From Tubiluchus corallicola (lineage: Eukaryota; Animalia; Priapulida), in the NCBI GenBank assembly GCA_030141605.1, contig JAQGDQ010000476.1, positions 62,001 through 126,000 of the forward strand: DNA of 64,000 nt, written 5' to 3'. The notes below the pieces were generated by a model. It was not told the DNA's origin. It did no database searches and worked only from the letters and a program-made list of their open reading frames with translations. How positions within the stretch are numbered: the first letter of the stretch is position 1; every line of letters begins with the position of its first letter. The translations under genes were made by a program, and so were the position numbers. Shown in pieces: positions 40,211 to 54,629 of the stretch.

Positions 40211-40253
<43 letters not shown>

Positions 40254-42837
40254 AGAAAGCAAATGAACATACCTGGCACGAGCAGTCGTGCATATAATTA
40301 TAGCTGTTTACTAGTTGAATCTTGGCATTTTAGTTAATGGCTATATTAGTGCGGGGCACAATTTATGGAACCGGCTAAGTAAAGAACTGAGAAAATATCC
40401 GCCTTGCAACCTAAAGTGAAGACAAGCAGTGGGTTTATATAAAACAAAACCAGAAAAACATTAGCGAGTTAAGTGTTACAGAAAAAATGAACTGAACTAA
40501 AAGAACAGCCAGTACAAATACCAGAATTACTGAATAAAGAAAGAATGAGAAGTAGTAGATAAAAAGAAAGGCACGATTAAAGAAGACAAAAAAGTCTAGT
40601 CGTTTTGGCTGCCTGCTTCATTACTGGACCATTTGCAGGCTGCGTTTATTATTGTGTTAGAAGTTAAAAAATGCGAGTGTTTACATCAGAAATAAGGAAA
40701 GTTATACGCATTAGTTATACAGTAACAAAAGTAAGTAACAGTACAGTAACAGTTATTACAGGTAAAACTACCTATAAAATGAAGGTACACAGTGGCATTA
40801 AAATAAGGGATACCATGTCATTGTATACTATCATTTTATATGTAGTTTTACCTATAATTTTTGCTATTGTATCTCTACTTTACAGCTGATGAAGTCCGTG
40901 AAGGACGAAACTCCTTTGAAAAAACAAACAAACTGAGACTTGATGCGCAATTTGCTTTCTTTATTATTATGACCATGACGAATCTCAGAAGAGCATTGTC
41001 TTATTTTCATGGTTTGTTTTTCTTCAGGCCACACAAGAACTATTACTGAACCAGGGTGCATGCCATTTGAAATCACTACAAACGCCTGTAGAGGATATTG
41101 CACATCTTTTTCCATTCCTTCGCCGCCAGATATCCTTGACATCAACCCTAACCAGGAAGTGACGTCGTACGGAAATTGCTGTAATATAGTCGAATCGACA
41201 GAAGTAAGCACAATTTAAAACAATTATACTGGACGTCTTTAGAGACAAGGTTTACTATTAATTGTTAAAGTAAATGTTATCGTTACAATGTTAATATCAT
41301 GATATCCATCATGCTTGTCGTCATCACTGTTGTTATGTTGGCACTAGCAAGAATGTGGTTTGGTACGCAGAAGTAGTGCAGTGAACAGCTCCATCGTTAG
41401 TCTATACTTTGTCTTTTGCTAAAAATCTCCAAAAAGTCACTCATGGAACCGTTACCAAGTTGTTTGCACGTTGAGGATGCAGGGAAAGGATAACTGACTT
41501 GCTTATTGACTATTATCATTATCGTAATTGTCACCATCATCGTCATTGTTGTCGTTGTCGTGATTATCGCTATTAACATCCTATTTTCGTCAGTAGTCAT
41601 CATCATTGCAAACGATGCCATTGGCATCATTGTCGTCATTATCATCATCATCACGATCATCACGATCATCAACGTCATTGTCACTGTCATCCCTATCGTT
41701 GTCATCATCATCACGATCATCATCGTTGTCAGCATCGCCATCATCATCATCACCACATCAGCAGCTGCAGTGCCGTCTCTGCTAAATCATTTATAACAAT
41801 TAAACTAGTCAGTTTCGTGCCAGTCATTCTTAATCACTTTAAGTGATTTTGCGTAATTCACTCACAGCAGAACACGGTCAGAAGACAGCGTGGAGTAGAT
41901 AAATTACTAGATTATTGTATTCTGTAACCACGATGAAGCAAATCAGTCAACGTTTAATATTCTTTTGTGTTATATTTATGTGTCATGGGTGTCAGTGGTG
42001 ATAAAATATTGCCTGGGAAGCCTTTAATAAAGCTTTATCGAGCTGATAAGTGGAAGCGTGGAAAAATTAAATACACTAAGTTTTGGAAAGTTTTGCATTA
42101 TTTCGGAATAGAGAAGGGAATAATCTGCTAACAGCAAGTTGCAGCTGTTCCTATTACTACTAATAGTTACACTAGTACTCCCGTTGTTGCTGTTGTTCCC
42201 GTTGCAGGTACAAGCTACATCCTCAACTGCTACTGTTGCTTTCGTTGTTTACGTTGTTGCTAAGGAAACTAGTTGCTAGTTTTACACCATCAACAGCTAC
42301 TGTCTGCTATTGCTATTGCCGCTATTGCTGGTACTGCTATTGCTGTTCATGTGGCTGGTGCCGCTGATGGTGTTTAAAATTTTGCAAGCTAATATACCAC
42401 AAATACTTTGCGTGCGTTACCTCTGTTAGGTATATAATTTACTATATATCAACACACTAATTCGTGTCATGTGTTTCTAGTGAATAGTTTTTGTCCGACA
42501 AATATACCACTACCCGTCCATTGAACTCAAATGTTGTTGCATAATAAATCATTCACAATTTTCTTAGCTGTTAGAAACGTGGTAACTTTGGAAAGCCGCA
42601 TGTTACTAACGTTTGCTTTGCCTTTTTCACGCGCAATGAAGCGTGAAACAGAATGTCCATGCAGAGTAAAATTGCTTCATGTGGCGAATGTAATTGAAAT
42701 TAATTCGTTTATATGAGCAAACGTTATTAGTGTTAAGATGAACAGTGTTTAATCACCGCAATTAACATACGCTTCACCATATATATATAGTTGCATACTG
42801 TAACTTGCACACGCACGCACGCACGCACAACACACAC

Positions 42838-42879
<42 letters not shown>

Positions 42880-45680
42880 GCGTCGATGGATATATTTTTG
42901 GCCTATGTTGCACATTTCTAGTTATAGAATGCAACTTTTCGGAAAAAAATAAAAGTTTTGATATTCCTTTTTTGACGCAGTATTCCACGTTGATCGACAA
43001 TGGTCTTTCTGTATAATAACCATACGTTCAAAAAAAGGATTCCAAACGATAATGACAAAAATGGCGTAATATTTTATTAATCTTCTTCACCGTGAATTAG
43101 TGCTTAATGAAATAAATAACGTAAATGGACACAATAGCGTCAAACATAACTTTTCTCAGGAATCATTGGCTGTTTTCCCCGGAAGAAGTTTTTTCCTTCA
43201 CTGTATGTAGGTGATTTCGAAACTTGACATCTGTTTATATTGCTACATTGACAGCCATCTAATCCAAGAGAAGGACACTACAGTGCCCATAAGCGAATAA
43301 CATTAAGCACTTGACCTCATTGCCAAATGCAATGAACATTAGCAACAATACTAAATTGGATTTTCCTTTCCCTGGGTTTTCTCTCACACCAATAGAACAG
43401 AAATTACATATGGTTTCACGGCTTTCAAGTCCTTTAAAAGGAGCTTCCAATGCATTTTGAATGTTCTTTTAGGGGCAAGGGGAGATTACTGGGTCGGGAA
43501 ACACCGATGCTCATGGAGTGTTTAGAATAATGTTTAGAAGACTAGAGCACTTCAATTTCAAAAATGTATTTGCGAAACTAGAAAACATAAGACTAATGGA
43601 CCTGGATGAATGTTATGTCATGCATGCGTAATGAGACAATAGCATATAATAGTACTTTTATATACTTAAATAAACTTATTTTGCTATAAACAGGCTATGA
43701 ACTTATTTTTGCTATAAACTTATTTTGCTATGAATGAATGAGCTGTGTTATTGTTAATTCATTTATTTTTTATTGTTTTATGGTTTTATTGTTTCCAGCT
43801 ATACTTTCCTCTAATTGTACATTAAGTCATTATTCGCTAACTTACATGCTAGGTTTAGCAAATGAAATACGTGACAACAACAAGCGAAAGGCAACAACAG
43901 TTACTTTTTTAGACAGTTGCAAAGCAGTTTAACGCTCTCAATTGAAACCCATGTCAAATTTTTTCCAAGACGTATGTTGGCTGAATAAGCTGCAACTACA
44001 GTAATTATGAAAAATGAAAAAAAGTTTGCTTCAGTAAAACGGTTCTTGAGTCCAAATAGCATGTGAACGTACAGTGGCTGCTGCATTGGGTTTTTTAGCT
44101 CTAAATCTTGCTGGCATTAAAGAAGCGTTTTCTTCTGTTACTTCACCAAATTTTAGTAGATGGTACACCATTAGACATTTTAAAAGCCTCGGTTAGGCGA
44201 TTACATAAAATTATGCTGATTACCAGTTTTTGAGAAGATTTACTAATTGTAAAGGGAAATTCAAGTTTTTACTATCTAATCTTTCAGCTTCACACTGTTC
44301 TGGGTTTTAAAGTCATTACTTTCAGTTATTGCACTATTCGGTGTGGAATTCAACTAGTTGGAAAGGTGTTTTTTCCAAAGTCACAAACTTCCACCCGTCA
44401 CCTTAAATTCAAGATAGCCGCACTGACATCATTTTCAATCCAAGATCTTGAGTTCTTTCAACCAATAGTTTGAATTAAACTTATTTAGTAGCTAATACGT
44501 TATAGTCGATCTATATTGACGTTGTGTTTTGAAACTTTTTCGTTGGCATATTGGCAGTGTCCAACCTTTACTGCAATCGTAATATCACCGCGAATTGTGG
44601 AAGTTGAAAGAGTGAAATTGCTTTTAATTCGTACATTTCAAACTTTGTACATAATTTCCAGAATTTACTTGTCAACTTTTATAATTCGCTTTCTCAAACA
44701 CAATACGGAAGAAATCAAGAACTTGATCTATATTTTCCGCTTGTTTTCGTTGCTGCGTTTTGTACCGTTTTCTATTTTGTCTTCAAAAAGCCGTCTCTTT
44801 GTAGTCAAGTAAACACCATCAAACGTATCTTGCACCGCTTTCAAGATTAATTAATTTGTTCAAGTGTTCGAGTTTTGTTTTTAAGGTTTCACTGACAAAT
44901 TAAATTCGTGCGTGTCATCGACTTGGTTAAATTAATTGTTTTTCGCTGCGTCTCAATTTAGAAATTCATTTAGAAATATCACATGCTGTCTGTCAACCAT
45001 TCAACTTTCTTAACTTTTAACCAAAATTGAACTGACAGTGCTGCTGAATTGTACTAAGCATCTCTAATCTATAAACATGAAAATGCGAAGATTTTGGCAG
45101 CATATATATATAGCACCAAAATCTTGGCATATATATATATATAGCAGTGTCCCAAATGCTTCAGTGGCGACCAGACGTCTCTAGCTTATGCTGTGATGTT
45201 AGTTAATAATTTTATAACAGTTGTAAAATATGTAATTCGGGAAGCAAATTGGCACTAATCATGTTAAAGAAACTTGTCTGAACAACAATTACTTCAAAGC
45301 CGTTCACTGGTGTCAGTAAACTGTTTCAGTGTGAACAGTGTTTGCGTAAAAAGGCGTAAATGGAATGTAAAAAGTGTTTCTGTGTCAATACTGCATGCAA
45401 GCAATTTAAACTTTTGTCAAGTAAACCGTGTTATCTAATTGTATGGTAAAGCTGTCTTGTGTAAACAGACTGCATAAACTGCGAGAGGTAAACATCCTAA
45501 CAAACTGTCTCAGTGTTAATAAGGTGTGGCCTTTTCGAGATTTGTTTTCTAAAACTAATTGTACATATAGTTTTGCTTTATTTTCAGGTCACGGCGAAGG
45601 TTTTGTGTTTGAGTGGAATTCAGAATTTCGTTTTCAAATCGGCGCTAAAATGTGATTGCTCCCACTGCAAGAAACGCTGA
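38991..45680 (+). CDS. GPA2: Glycoprotein hormone alpha-2 (thyrostimulin alpha subunit), 124 aa, 3 coding exons
   Basis: Exons 38991-39096, 41028-41203, 45588-45680 (GT-AG, phases 1,0). Signal peptide, then WEQPGCHKVGHTR..PGC..F.ITTNACRGYC.S..IPS...CCNI...V.C......FKSA.KCDCSHCKKR; 10-Cys cystine knot typical of invertebrate GPA2. Acceptors at 38937/38967 imply an upstream non-coding exon. Confidence 0.93.
40067..40250 (+). repeat. (CT)n and (GA)n microsatellites about 75 bp apart
   Basis: (CT)n 40067-40140; (GA)n about 40217-40250. Confidence 0.95.
41510..41760 (+). repeat. Cryptic (ATC/GTC)n low-complexity tract in a GPA2 intron
   Basis: Degenerate trinucleotide repeat; explains the spurious Ile/Val and Met/Thr ORFs. 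Confidence 0.85.
43560..44400 (+). mobile_element. Heavily decayed LINE (CR1/Jockey-like) RT remnant in a GPA2 intron
   Basis: Remnants of GPD (about 43597), TVTFLDSCKAV (cf. RT motif FLD..KAFD, about 43895-43930) and VWNS (about 44342); frames broken, boundaries approximate. Confidence 0.4.
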
Positions 45681-46837
45681 ACTGTCTCTGTGTTTTCACC
45701 GCACTGCAATCCAAAAGAGTTAAGGCCACTTTCGTACGACACGTGATATTTCAGAGACATTATTTATTTAAAGTTGTACATTATAACTAAGATTTTATCC
45801 AGTAGAAAAAACTCTGTCATTATAGCTTATGCTGCATTTTGTAACTATAATAGGTACTTATTTTGCAGCGTCCATTTGTATTTCTCTGTCTGTCTGACTG
45901 CCTAAAGAAACTTTTTTTAGTAAGCCTACAGCTTACTGTAACTTTATGATGGGCTACAGATGACGTACATTGTAATATTAATTACATACAAGTTGTAATT
46001 TTGACGTTATACTGATTGTAATTTCTGTTTAATATTAGTAAAATAAACTGCACTGTATTCATAATACATGTTACAAATTAATATCCGGTATTTAGTGTAA
46101 TAAAAAGAGAGTAATAAACTGAATTTCAACGGCATTTTAATTTTGAGGCTTTTACGTTTGTCAACTTGAAATTTGATATTTTTTCTGTAACGAGTTAAAG
46201 TAGCTGCTAAAGAAGACGAGGTTCTCATTACTACATGCAATATTAAAGGCCAACGAACTGACGAACTTCGTGGTTTAGGCGTTAGGGGGCGCCATCTCTC
46301 AGGTCAGTTCGCTGTTATACCGTATTCAAGAAGTTTTACTAATGTCGGTTTTTTGTTCGCTGCCAGGAGTTTTTTGGATTTGTTGCTGTCTTTCGGTATT
46401 TGTTATTGTAAGTAACTGCATTATAGATGACCAAAAATAATAAGCACAATAAGGAGCATTTCAACATCACAAATTTCATACTTCTTAACCAATATTTTTT
46501 CAATAACTTCTTCACTTCAGGTAGGAAATAACATTTATTATGATCGATTGCTGGCAAAATATGGAGCAGTGACATATGTTATAACAATGACAAAGTACGA
46601 ACATAATTAGCACACTGGTAAACTGAAACATTTTGTTAAAGATAAGGTAATAGCATGTAGCAGAAAAATTTGACTGTTGTCGAAATGTACTTCTAGCGAG
46701 GTACATTTTGCTAAAGGATAACTTAATAATATGGTGGAGAAATTTTGTTGGCGAAAGGTACCATTGGTGAACTAAAATATTTTGTTAAAGGAATAAGGTA
46801 ACAACATATAACAGAGAAATTTTCCTGGCGATATGTA

Positions 46838-46930
46838 TCACTGGCGAACAGTACTGCCGGTGAACTGTAACACTAGCGAACTGTACCGCTAGCGAACTGT
46901 ACCACTGGCGGACTGTACCACTGGCGAGAT
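46838..46930 (+). repeat. Degenerate tandem repeat of about 17 bp
   Basis: Units of CACTGGCGAACTGTAC with variants. Confidence 0.7.
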
Positions 46931-47554
46931 GTCAACTCGCGAAGTGAGTGGATACCAGAAAGGAGCCAACCACTAAACTAAAAGAAGTAGTTATAAAAGT
47001 TCGGAAGTGACTTAAAAAAATATTCGTCATTTTTGTTAATCATTGTGTTATTTCATCAAAGTCTTAGCTGTAGGCACAGAAATTTGTTGATCAAGTACGC
47101 CAATGCAATTCGGCATAAAGTCATTGTCACCAAATACTTCGAGATTACTTTGCTTAATAGACATTCTTGAACTGTTTTTGCTTATTAGGCTATTAATTTT
47201 GCAGATTTAATATCTTTAATCATTCTATTACCATGAATTCATCAAAATAAACATTAAAAACATACGTAATACTGATTCACTTAACCTAGTTGGTAGTGTT
47301 TACTACAACTAACAGGACAAAATTAAAATCCTCGCTAAAGACTAGAAAAACTGCAGTTGTTATTAGAAAGAAGAAACTGATGGCAATCAATTAATAACCC
47401 AACAAGCTAAAGGTTTTAGTGGCAAAAATTAGTCATCTTTGATAGCATATTATAGCAATTGTATTTTAAAACAAACAGGTAGATGTTTGTGAAAGTACAA
47501 CTAGATTTGGGTTCACGTTGACAGAAAACTTCAGTAAGTAAGAAAAACAAGAAA

Positions 47555-48152
<598 letters not shown>

Positions 48153-48537
48153 CTAAAATGAGTTATTATCCTACAAATACAAGATATATTTAAGATTAGT
48201 GATTGTTCCCCAATTGCCAGTTTACCCACTCTCCGTTACGTGGAAAAAAAATCAAACAGGTATTAATTTCAACAGCACCATTTTGACTCAAAATTTATTT
48301 TGCTACATCATTTTCACACAAATACAAAGTATGGTTTTCAAGCACCAAATTTATGCGATTGTAACATGTTTTCGACTTTTAAACATGGCAATAAGAAACA
48401 GGCAAATAAAGTTTCCGACTACCGGTCAGCTTAGTGTACGGCTGTTGGCGCTGGCGCCCATGCTCTAAATGCCAAAAAGTTTACAAACGTGTATCTGATT
48501 TTTATAAAATAAATATACATGAAACGTGAACTTTAAT

Positions 48538-48815
48538 ATAGACCTGTCATTTGGAAATCTTATTTTCAACAGAAATAAAATAGCCACAACGGCCAATGAG
48601 AGTGTCATAGTTTTCTTGAAGACGTTGAATGTTTCGGCATTCTTCTTAAGCCATCGAAAGCAGAAAACTCATCGTATGCAGTCGCAGCCATAAGAATAAT
48701 GCCGAAATATTCAAAGCGACTTTGTTAGTTTTGAATAAAATTAACGGATTCTGAGTGGACACTTTTGCTATTTTATTGCTGTTGAACTACAAAAGATGGC
48801 TAGCTGTAAATCTAT
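48538..48815. mobile_element. Palindromic MITE-like element downstream of the GPB5 stop
   Basis: Nested inverted repeats: TTCAACAG.AATAAAATAGC (about 48565 / 48786) and TTGAAT.TTTCGGCATT.TTCTTA (48625-48648 / 48691-48714, 2 mismatches). Confidence 0.55.
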
Positions 48816-48995
48816 TCCTACTTAAAGATTCGTCGACTGATTTGTGCAGGCGGCAAAAAGTTTATTTTGCTAAAAAACCTTCAATAATAACTTAGTAATA
48901 GGCGCCTACTACGCAGAGATAGCACAGAGTTCATCAACATCTTGATTTCGTTTGCTCTTCTTTGCTAATTTCTTCAGTTCCTATTCGAAGATGTG

Positions 48996-50797
48996 TTAAA
49001 ACGTCTCACAGTTTGTGGATTTGGTGTCACACATTGTACACGTACAGTACTCGGCTTCGGTGACCCTGTAGTAAGGGTCTGGATGACCTTCATCGCAGTT
49101 TTTTAATTTGACTATCCTGCTTATACGTTTCCCGTGAAGGCATACAGGATTATCGCTGATTTTGTATGGAAACTTGTAATCCCCTATCTGAAAATACATA
49201 CAATGAAACATGAAATGAACGTCAGACAGTCTCCCATCAAGATAATTTTTATGAGCAAAGAACAAGAAAACGAAACCACATTGAAAATACAAGTGACCAG
49301 GAAGCAGTTAGCTAGGAATAACAATTTATGAACTATAAAATATTAAATACTGGACAAATGAATAGATTCAGAAACACAGTTCATCAGAAATTCAACGTGT
49401 CTTTTTGACGGAATGTTTCAAAATTTATAATTTTTTTGAAAACAACTTACACCAAAAGAAACGTGGAAACTTCGAAAATGACCACAGACTTAAACTATAG
49501 GAAACTTCGGATTAGAAATCTAACATGACAGTTCACACGACTGAGTCTTCCAAAATTAAACAAATTATCTCTTATATTAATATTCTTGGTATATTTATTT
49601 ATATATAAGATTCGAGGCTACAGCCCGGACGACGGCACCATTTGCGGCGATCTATACATCAAACGAAAGGTCTCGATCTAGTGTCGTGCCATTGATACTT
49701 TATTTTTCGAATCGGGCCCACTGGGAGGAGGGGGGGGCGAAAAACATCCAAAAATGGCCATTTTTCGGCCGTTTTTTGCAAAACTTATACCTCTTATTTC
49801 TGAAGAACGGGAACGGGCCGAGGGTGGTGCTGGGTATGGATAGATAGCCCGTTCAGCGGTGGGTGTAGTAGGCATAGAATTATTATTTTTGTATTCCAAC
49901 AATGTATAAATTATATGGGTGACTTTACGCCACTAGAAAACTATTTTTAAATGGAAACATGTTTTTTAACAAAGCGTGCACCATGTAGCCGCTCTCACAA
50001 ATTTTCATAAACAAATTGAGAGTAGACAACCAGTTTCATTCATGTAAACTATTTACGTGATGGCAGTCACATGCCTATGAGGCTTATACACGTAGCAAGG
50101 CAGAACGCAGTTACCTCATTGGAATCGCATCGTCCCCAGCATGACATCACCGTGATGTCATCCCAGCATTCGAAGCCATTCATTGGTTTGGAGGCACGGA
50201 ATGTGTATTCCCGTCTGTGACATCGTATCGTGTCTGCAGGATTAACTTTGGTTGATGTGGAGGCAGTGATGGATAATATGATGATCAAAGTGAGAAGCAA
50301 TGATACAGCTGAATCATTCTGTAAGAACAGATGAAGTATAAAATGTTATCAAAGAAAGAAAAAATGCCATAGTAAGATTTTCCCAGATTATTGTCGGCAA
50401 AAGACAAAATTTTGTGTTTGGATGTTTTTATTTTGGTCTGTGAATGTATAACTAATTTCGATTGAATGCATGTAAGACTTAAGTCAAAGAAGTTGTATAG
50501 TGAGGTATAGAAGTATAGTATAGAAGTTGTATATTGTATTGTGCGGCATGCTATTAGCCCACCCGTCACCTTTTAACTGTATCTAAGATATATGTCAAAA
50601 CATTTACTTTGGTGGAGGACGTTTTGTAAAAAGGCCAGCAAGGAGATCATTGTTAATTGTAATATGGCCGGATACAAAAATTGTCTAATATTTTCAGAGC
50701 TGACACATTCAATAATAGTGAAATCATTATGTTGGCCTTATTACCTTACATCCTTTGACCAATACTAGATTATTTCAGATGAGTTATTTACCATCAT
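48996..50797 (-). CDS. GPB5: Glycoprotein hormone beta-5 (thyrostimulin beta subunit), about 133 aa, 3 coding exons
   Basis: Exons 50797-50792 (ATGATG|GTAAAT, inferred), 50318-50115, 49187-48996, both introns phase 0. CHRREYTF...CWD.I.VMSCWGRCDSNEIGDYKFPYK.S..PVC.HG...L.NC...P...Y....A..C.C..C.T..T.CET; 10 Cys, typical of invertebrate GPB5. Confidence 0.92.
49600..49960 (-). repeat. Interspersed repeat, copy B (probable non-autonomous DNA element) in a GPB5 intron
   Basis: 49600-49722 is the reverse complement of 24706-24832; continues as GC-richer sequence to about 49960 (right boundary approximate). Confidence 0.7.
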
Positions 50798-50909
50798 CGG
50801 GTCACAAATGAGCCTCTTCGAGGCAGAGAAATGTTTGAAGGACAGCAATGCATAAACATGACCCAACCTATTTATTGGTTTTTATTGCCCGCCGACAAAC
50901 ACTTCTGGC

Positions 50910-50917
50910 TTATATAT
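50910..50917 (-). promoter_or_regulatory. TATA-like box of GPB5
   Basis: TATATAAG on the minus strand about 115 nt upstream of the inferred ATG-bearing first-exon donor. Confidence 0.4.
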
Positions 50918-51309
50918 TACAAAGAAGATGACCTCAGGCCCACAATCAAACACAATTTACAGGACGATTAGATTTGGTTAAACGCAATATTTGGCTGTGT
51001 GCCCAGTGCCTAGGATGGTTTAGCAACTTTAGTTCTGAAATGTGTGCAGCGGCGTTGATCGTCTAGATTAGATTTTTTGCTTTGAAATAAGTTTTAAACT
51101 TAAAGGGGAAGAGCAGTTACAGGACTCAATTTTAAACTATAGTTAATAATATCGTAGTTTAAAAAATATTGACAGAGACATAATTGTTTCTTAAGAGGGA
51201 CTTATGAGAAAGAATTATTAGCACCGAAGTTTAATTTTAATTTCCAGTTGAACGCATTTCGCCAATCGCTACTAAGATAGATACAGAGAAAGGGGTTGTA
51301 AAAAACGTT

Positions 51310-52458
<1,149 letters not shown>

Positions 52459-53849
52459 ATGTTGCTCTTAATGTGTAATACAGGGAATACATTCTATGCC
52501 ATTCCATACCAATTTGTTCAAACTGAACAGTATAAAGAACTTTATAATTATTTGGACATTTGCAACTTACGGTCACTATAGTTAGCAGTGTAGATGAACA
52601 CAAACTAATGCAAGATGTTTATAGGCATTTAACATTTCTTAGTAACGCAGCTAACGTTTACTTTTGTCTGTGAGGCTAAAGTCATTTATAGTCTTCTAAG
52701 TTCTAACTAATTTGTATTTTTTTAATAAACTTTGGCTAGTCAATAAATTTTATTTTACTGTTCCTGGCAATAAGGAATTCACTAAAGTTATTGCTAGAAT
52801 AGAATGATTAGAAGGATTTTGCAACTCCCGTATTTTTACATGAAGGGAATACTTGGTAAATAAGTATGTTAACATAAGACGTTGGCTTTTCAAACATTTT
52901 GAAATAATCAAAATTAGGCTACTTACGTATTTTTTAGCTTTCGTGAAAAAGAATGACGTCATCATTTTATCAATGTGTCAACGTCACATCAGTCTGAGTT
53001 GACCCTCGCTCACCTGACGAAACTTAAGATTGTTTTCCTTACCGCGGAACGTGAAGAAATAAAGTTAAAAGCTAATATTGCTTCTCCTCACATGTTACGT
53101 GTTAATCCTCATGCTCGCGGCGTTATGAGATCCATTATTGATCTGCGTTCATCGTACGCCCCCACCTGCGTGGTACGCAAAAGCAGCTTTGGACACGTCC
53201 GAATCTCCGCCCTGGTTGAGTCCACTTTTGGGATAGGTAAGGTAGGTAACGGTGAAATAGCAAATTTCTAGATATCTTTTGTGTTTCAGTGTAAAAGATT
53301 CATTACAGCATTTAACTAATTTAATATGGGAAAAAGTTCACTGTTGCCACTTCAAGAACCTATAAAGAAACTCAGAAAAACCAACCTCACATGAGAACCA
53401 GTTTGCACATACTTTTAGTGCACTTCGCATTTGTTTGTTCGGGTAATAAGACCGTGGGGCCACCTAGTAGCTGCTTAGCATACTACAATGCTGAGCGTGA
53501 AAGTTAGGATTTTAAGGGGGGACGAATTTTTTAATGATTCTTGCATTCAAAACAATGAACAATTGCTATTTACACAAGACGTCAAAACAGTGCGAAAATA
53601 ATAAGACAAAATCTCTACTAACAAGCCGGTGAGATTAACCATGTCGATTATAAGGTGTGATACTAGTTTTTTTGAACGAATAGATAGAACACTCATGCGT
53701 AAACCCAATTTTTGTGTTCATTCAGTATCACGTTCGTTTTTTATTTTCATGTCTGTTAATTGCAAGAATCTGCGTATGATACCTGACGCTATTATAAGCG
53801 CACATTCTGATATACCTAATATTCATCACGTGGCATGATGATCACATAC

Positions 53850-54200
53850 TCTTGATTGAGAACCTTTGCTAAAGGTACGCATTGGTGCACTATAGGTCGA
53901 TGGAAATCCTTTGCATAAATAGAGGGCAAATGAGAATGATACGAAGAGTATTTGTGGGTCAGAATTAGAAAGCGATGAGCACATATTTTTGAAGTGCTCT
54001 CTCAAAAAAAGGGATGAAGAATGGTCTCACATGTTGATCGAAAAAATTTGTTCCGTTTCAAAATATTGAAATTACTCAGTCATATAATGAAAAAGAGTCG
54101 CAAAATTTGAGTGTGCTGACGTTCTTTCTTACCTTTTCCGCCAAGTAGCGGTTTTTAATCGCATTAATGCAAAAAGGATTGATACTGAGCTGGATAATCC
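53850..54200 (+). mobile_element. Decayed L1/Tx1-like LINE remnant (C-terminal zinc knuckle)
   Basis: SICGSELESDEHIFLKC at 53947-53997 resembles the C..C....E...H.F..C motif of L1-group ORF2; first Cys lost, boundaries approximate. Confidence 0.4.
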
Positions 54201-54629
54201 AAAAAGTCAAAACACCACATTCTGTTAGAAGAACGTTGTACCAACAATAATTCTGAGGTGCGAATATTTAAGTTTGTATACTAGAAATGGTTGTGGGTTT
54301 CATACAACATTTGTTATAGCGAATACAGAAATCTTGATTATTGTTTTGCCACACGTTTCATATTCTCGATGATTTCACTTCCATATAAACACAACGCTCT
54401 TTGGAGAATACTGCATCCTACCCGTGTACCGAACATGTTCTTACTACTGTAATCGCATGTGCATCATACTTGCATTTAGACATTTTCATATTACATTATC
54501 ATCCTATGTGCACCCGTGCAATGTTAACAGAAACCATCATTTGGTTTCTTGAGTAGAATCAGTAGATTGTTGGCTTACGTTTCACGTGCAAATATACTTG
54601 CAAATATACGTAATCCCAAATGAACTGTT

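Noticed and set aside
41397-41796. Met/Thr-rich and Ile/Val-rich ORFs
   Set aside because: Cryptic trinucleotide repeat inside a GPA2 intron.
45361-45380. TGGAATGTAAAAAGTG resembling miR-1
   Set aside because: No upstream complementary arm; 3' half diverges.
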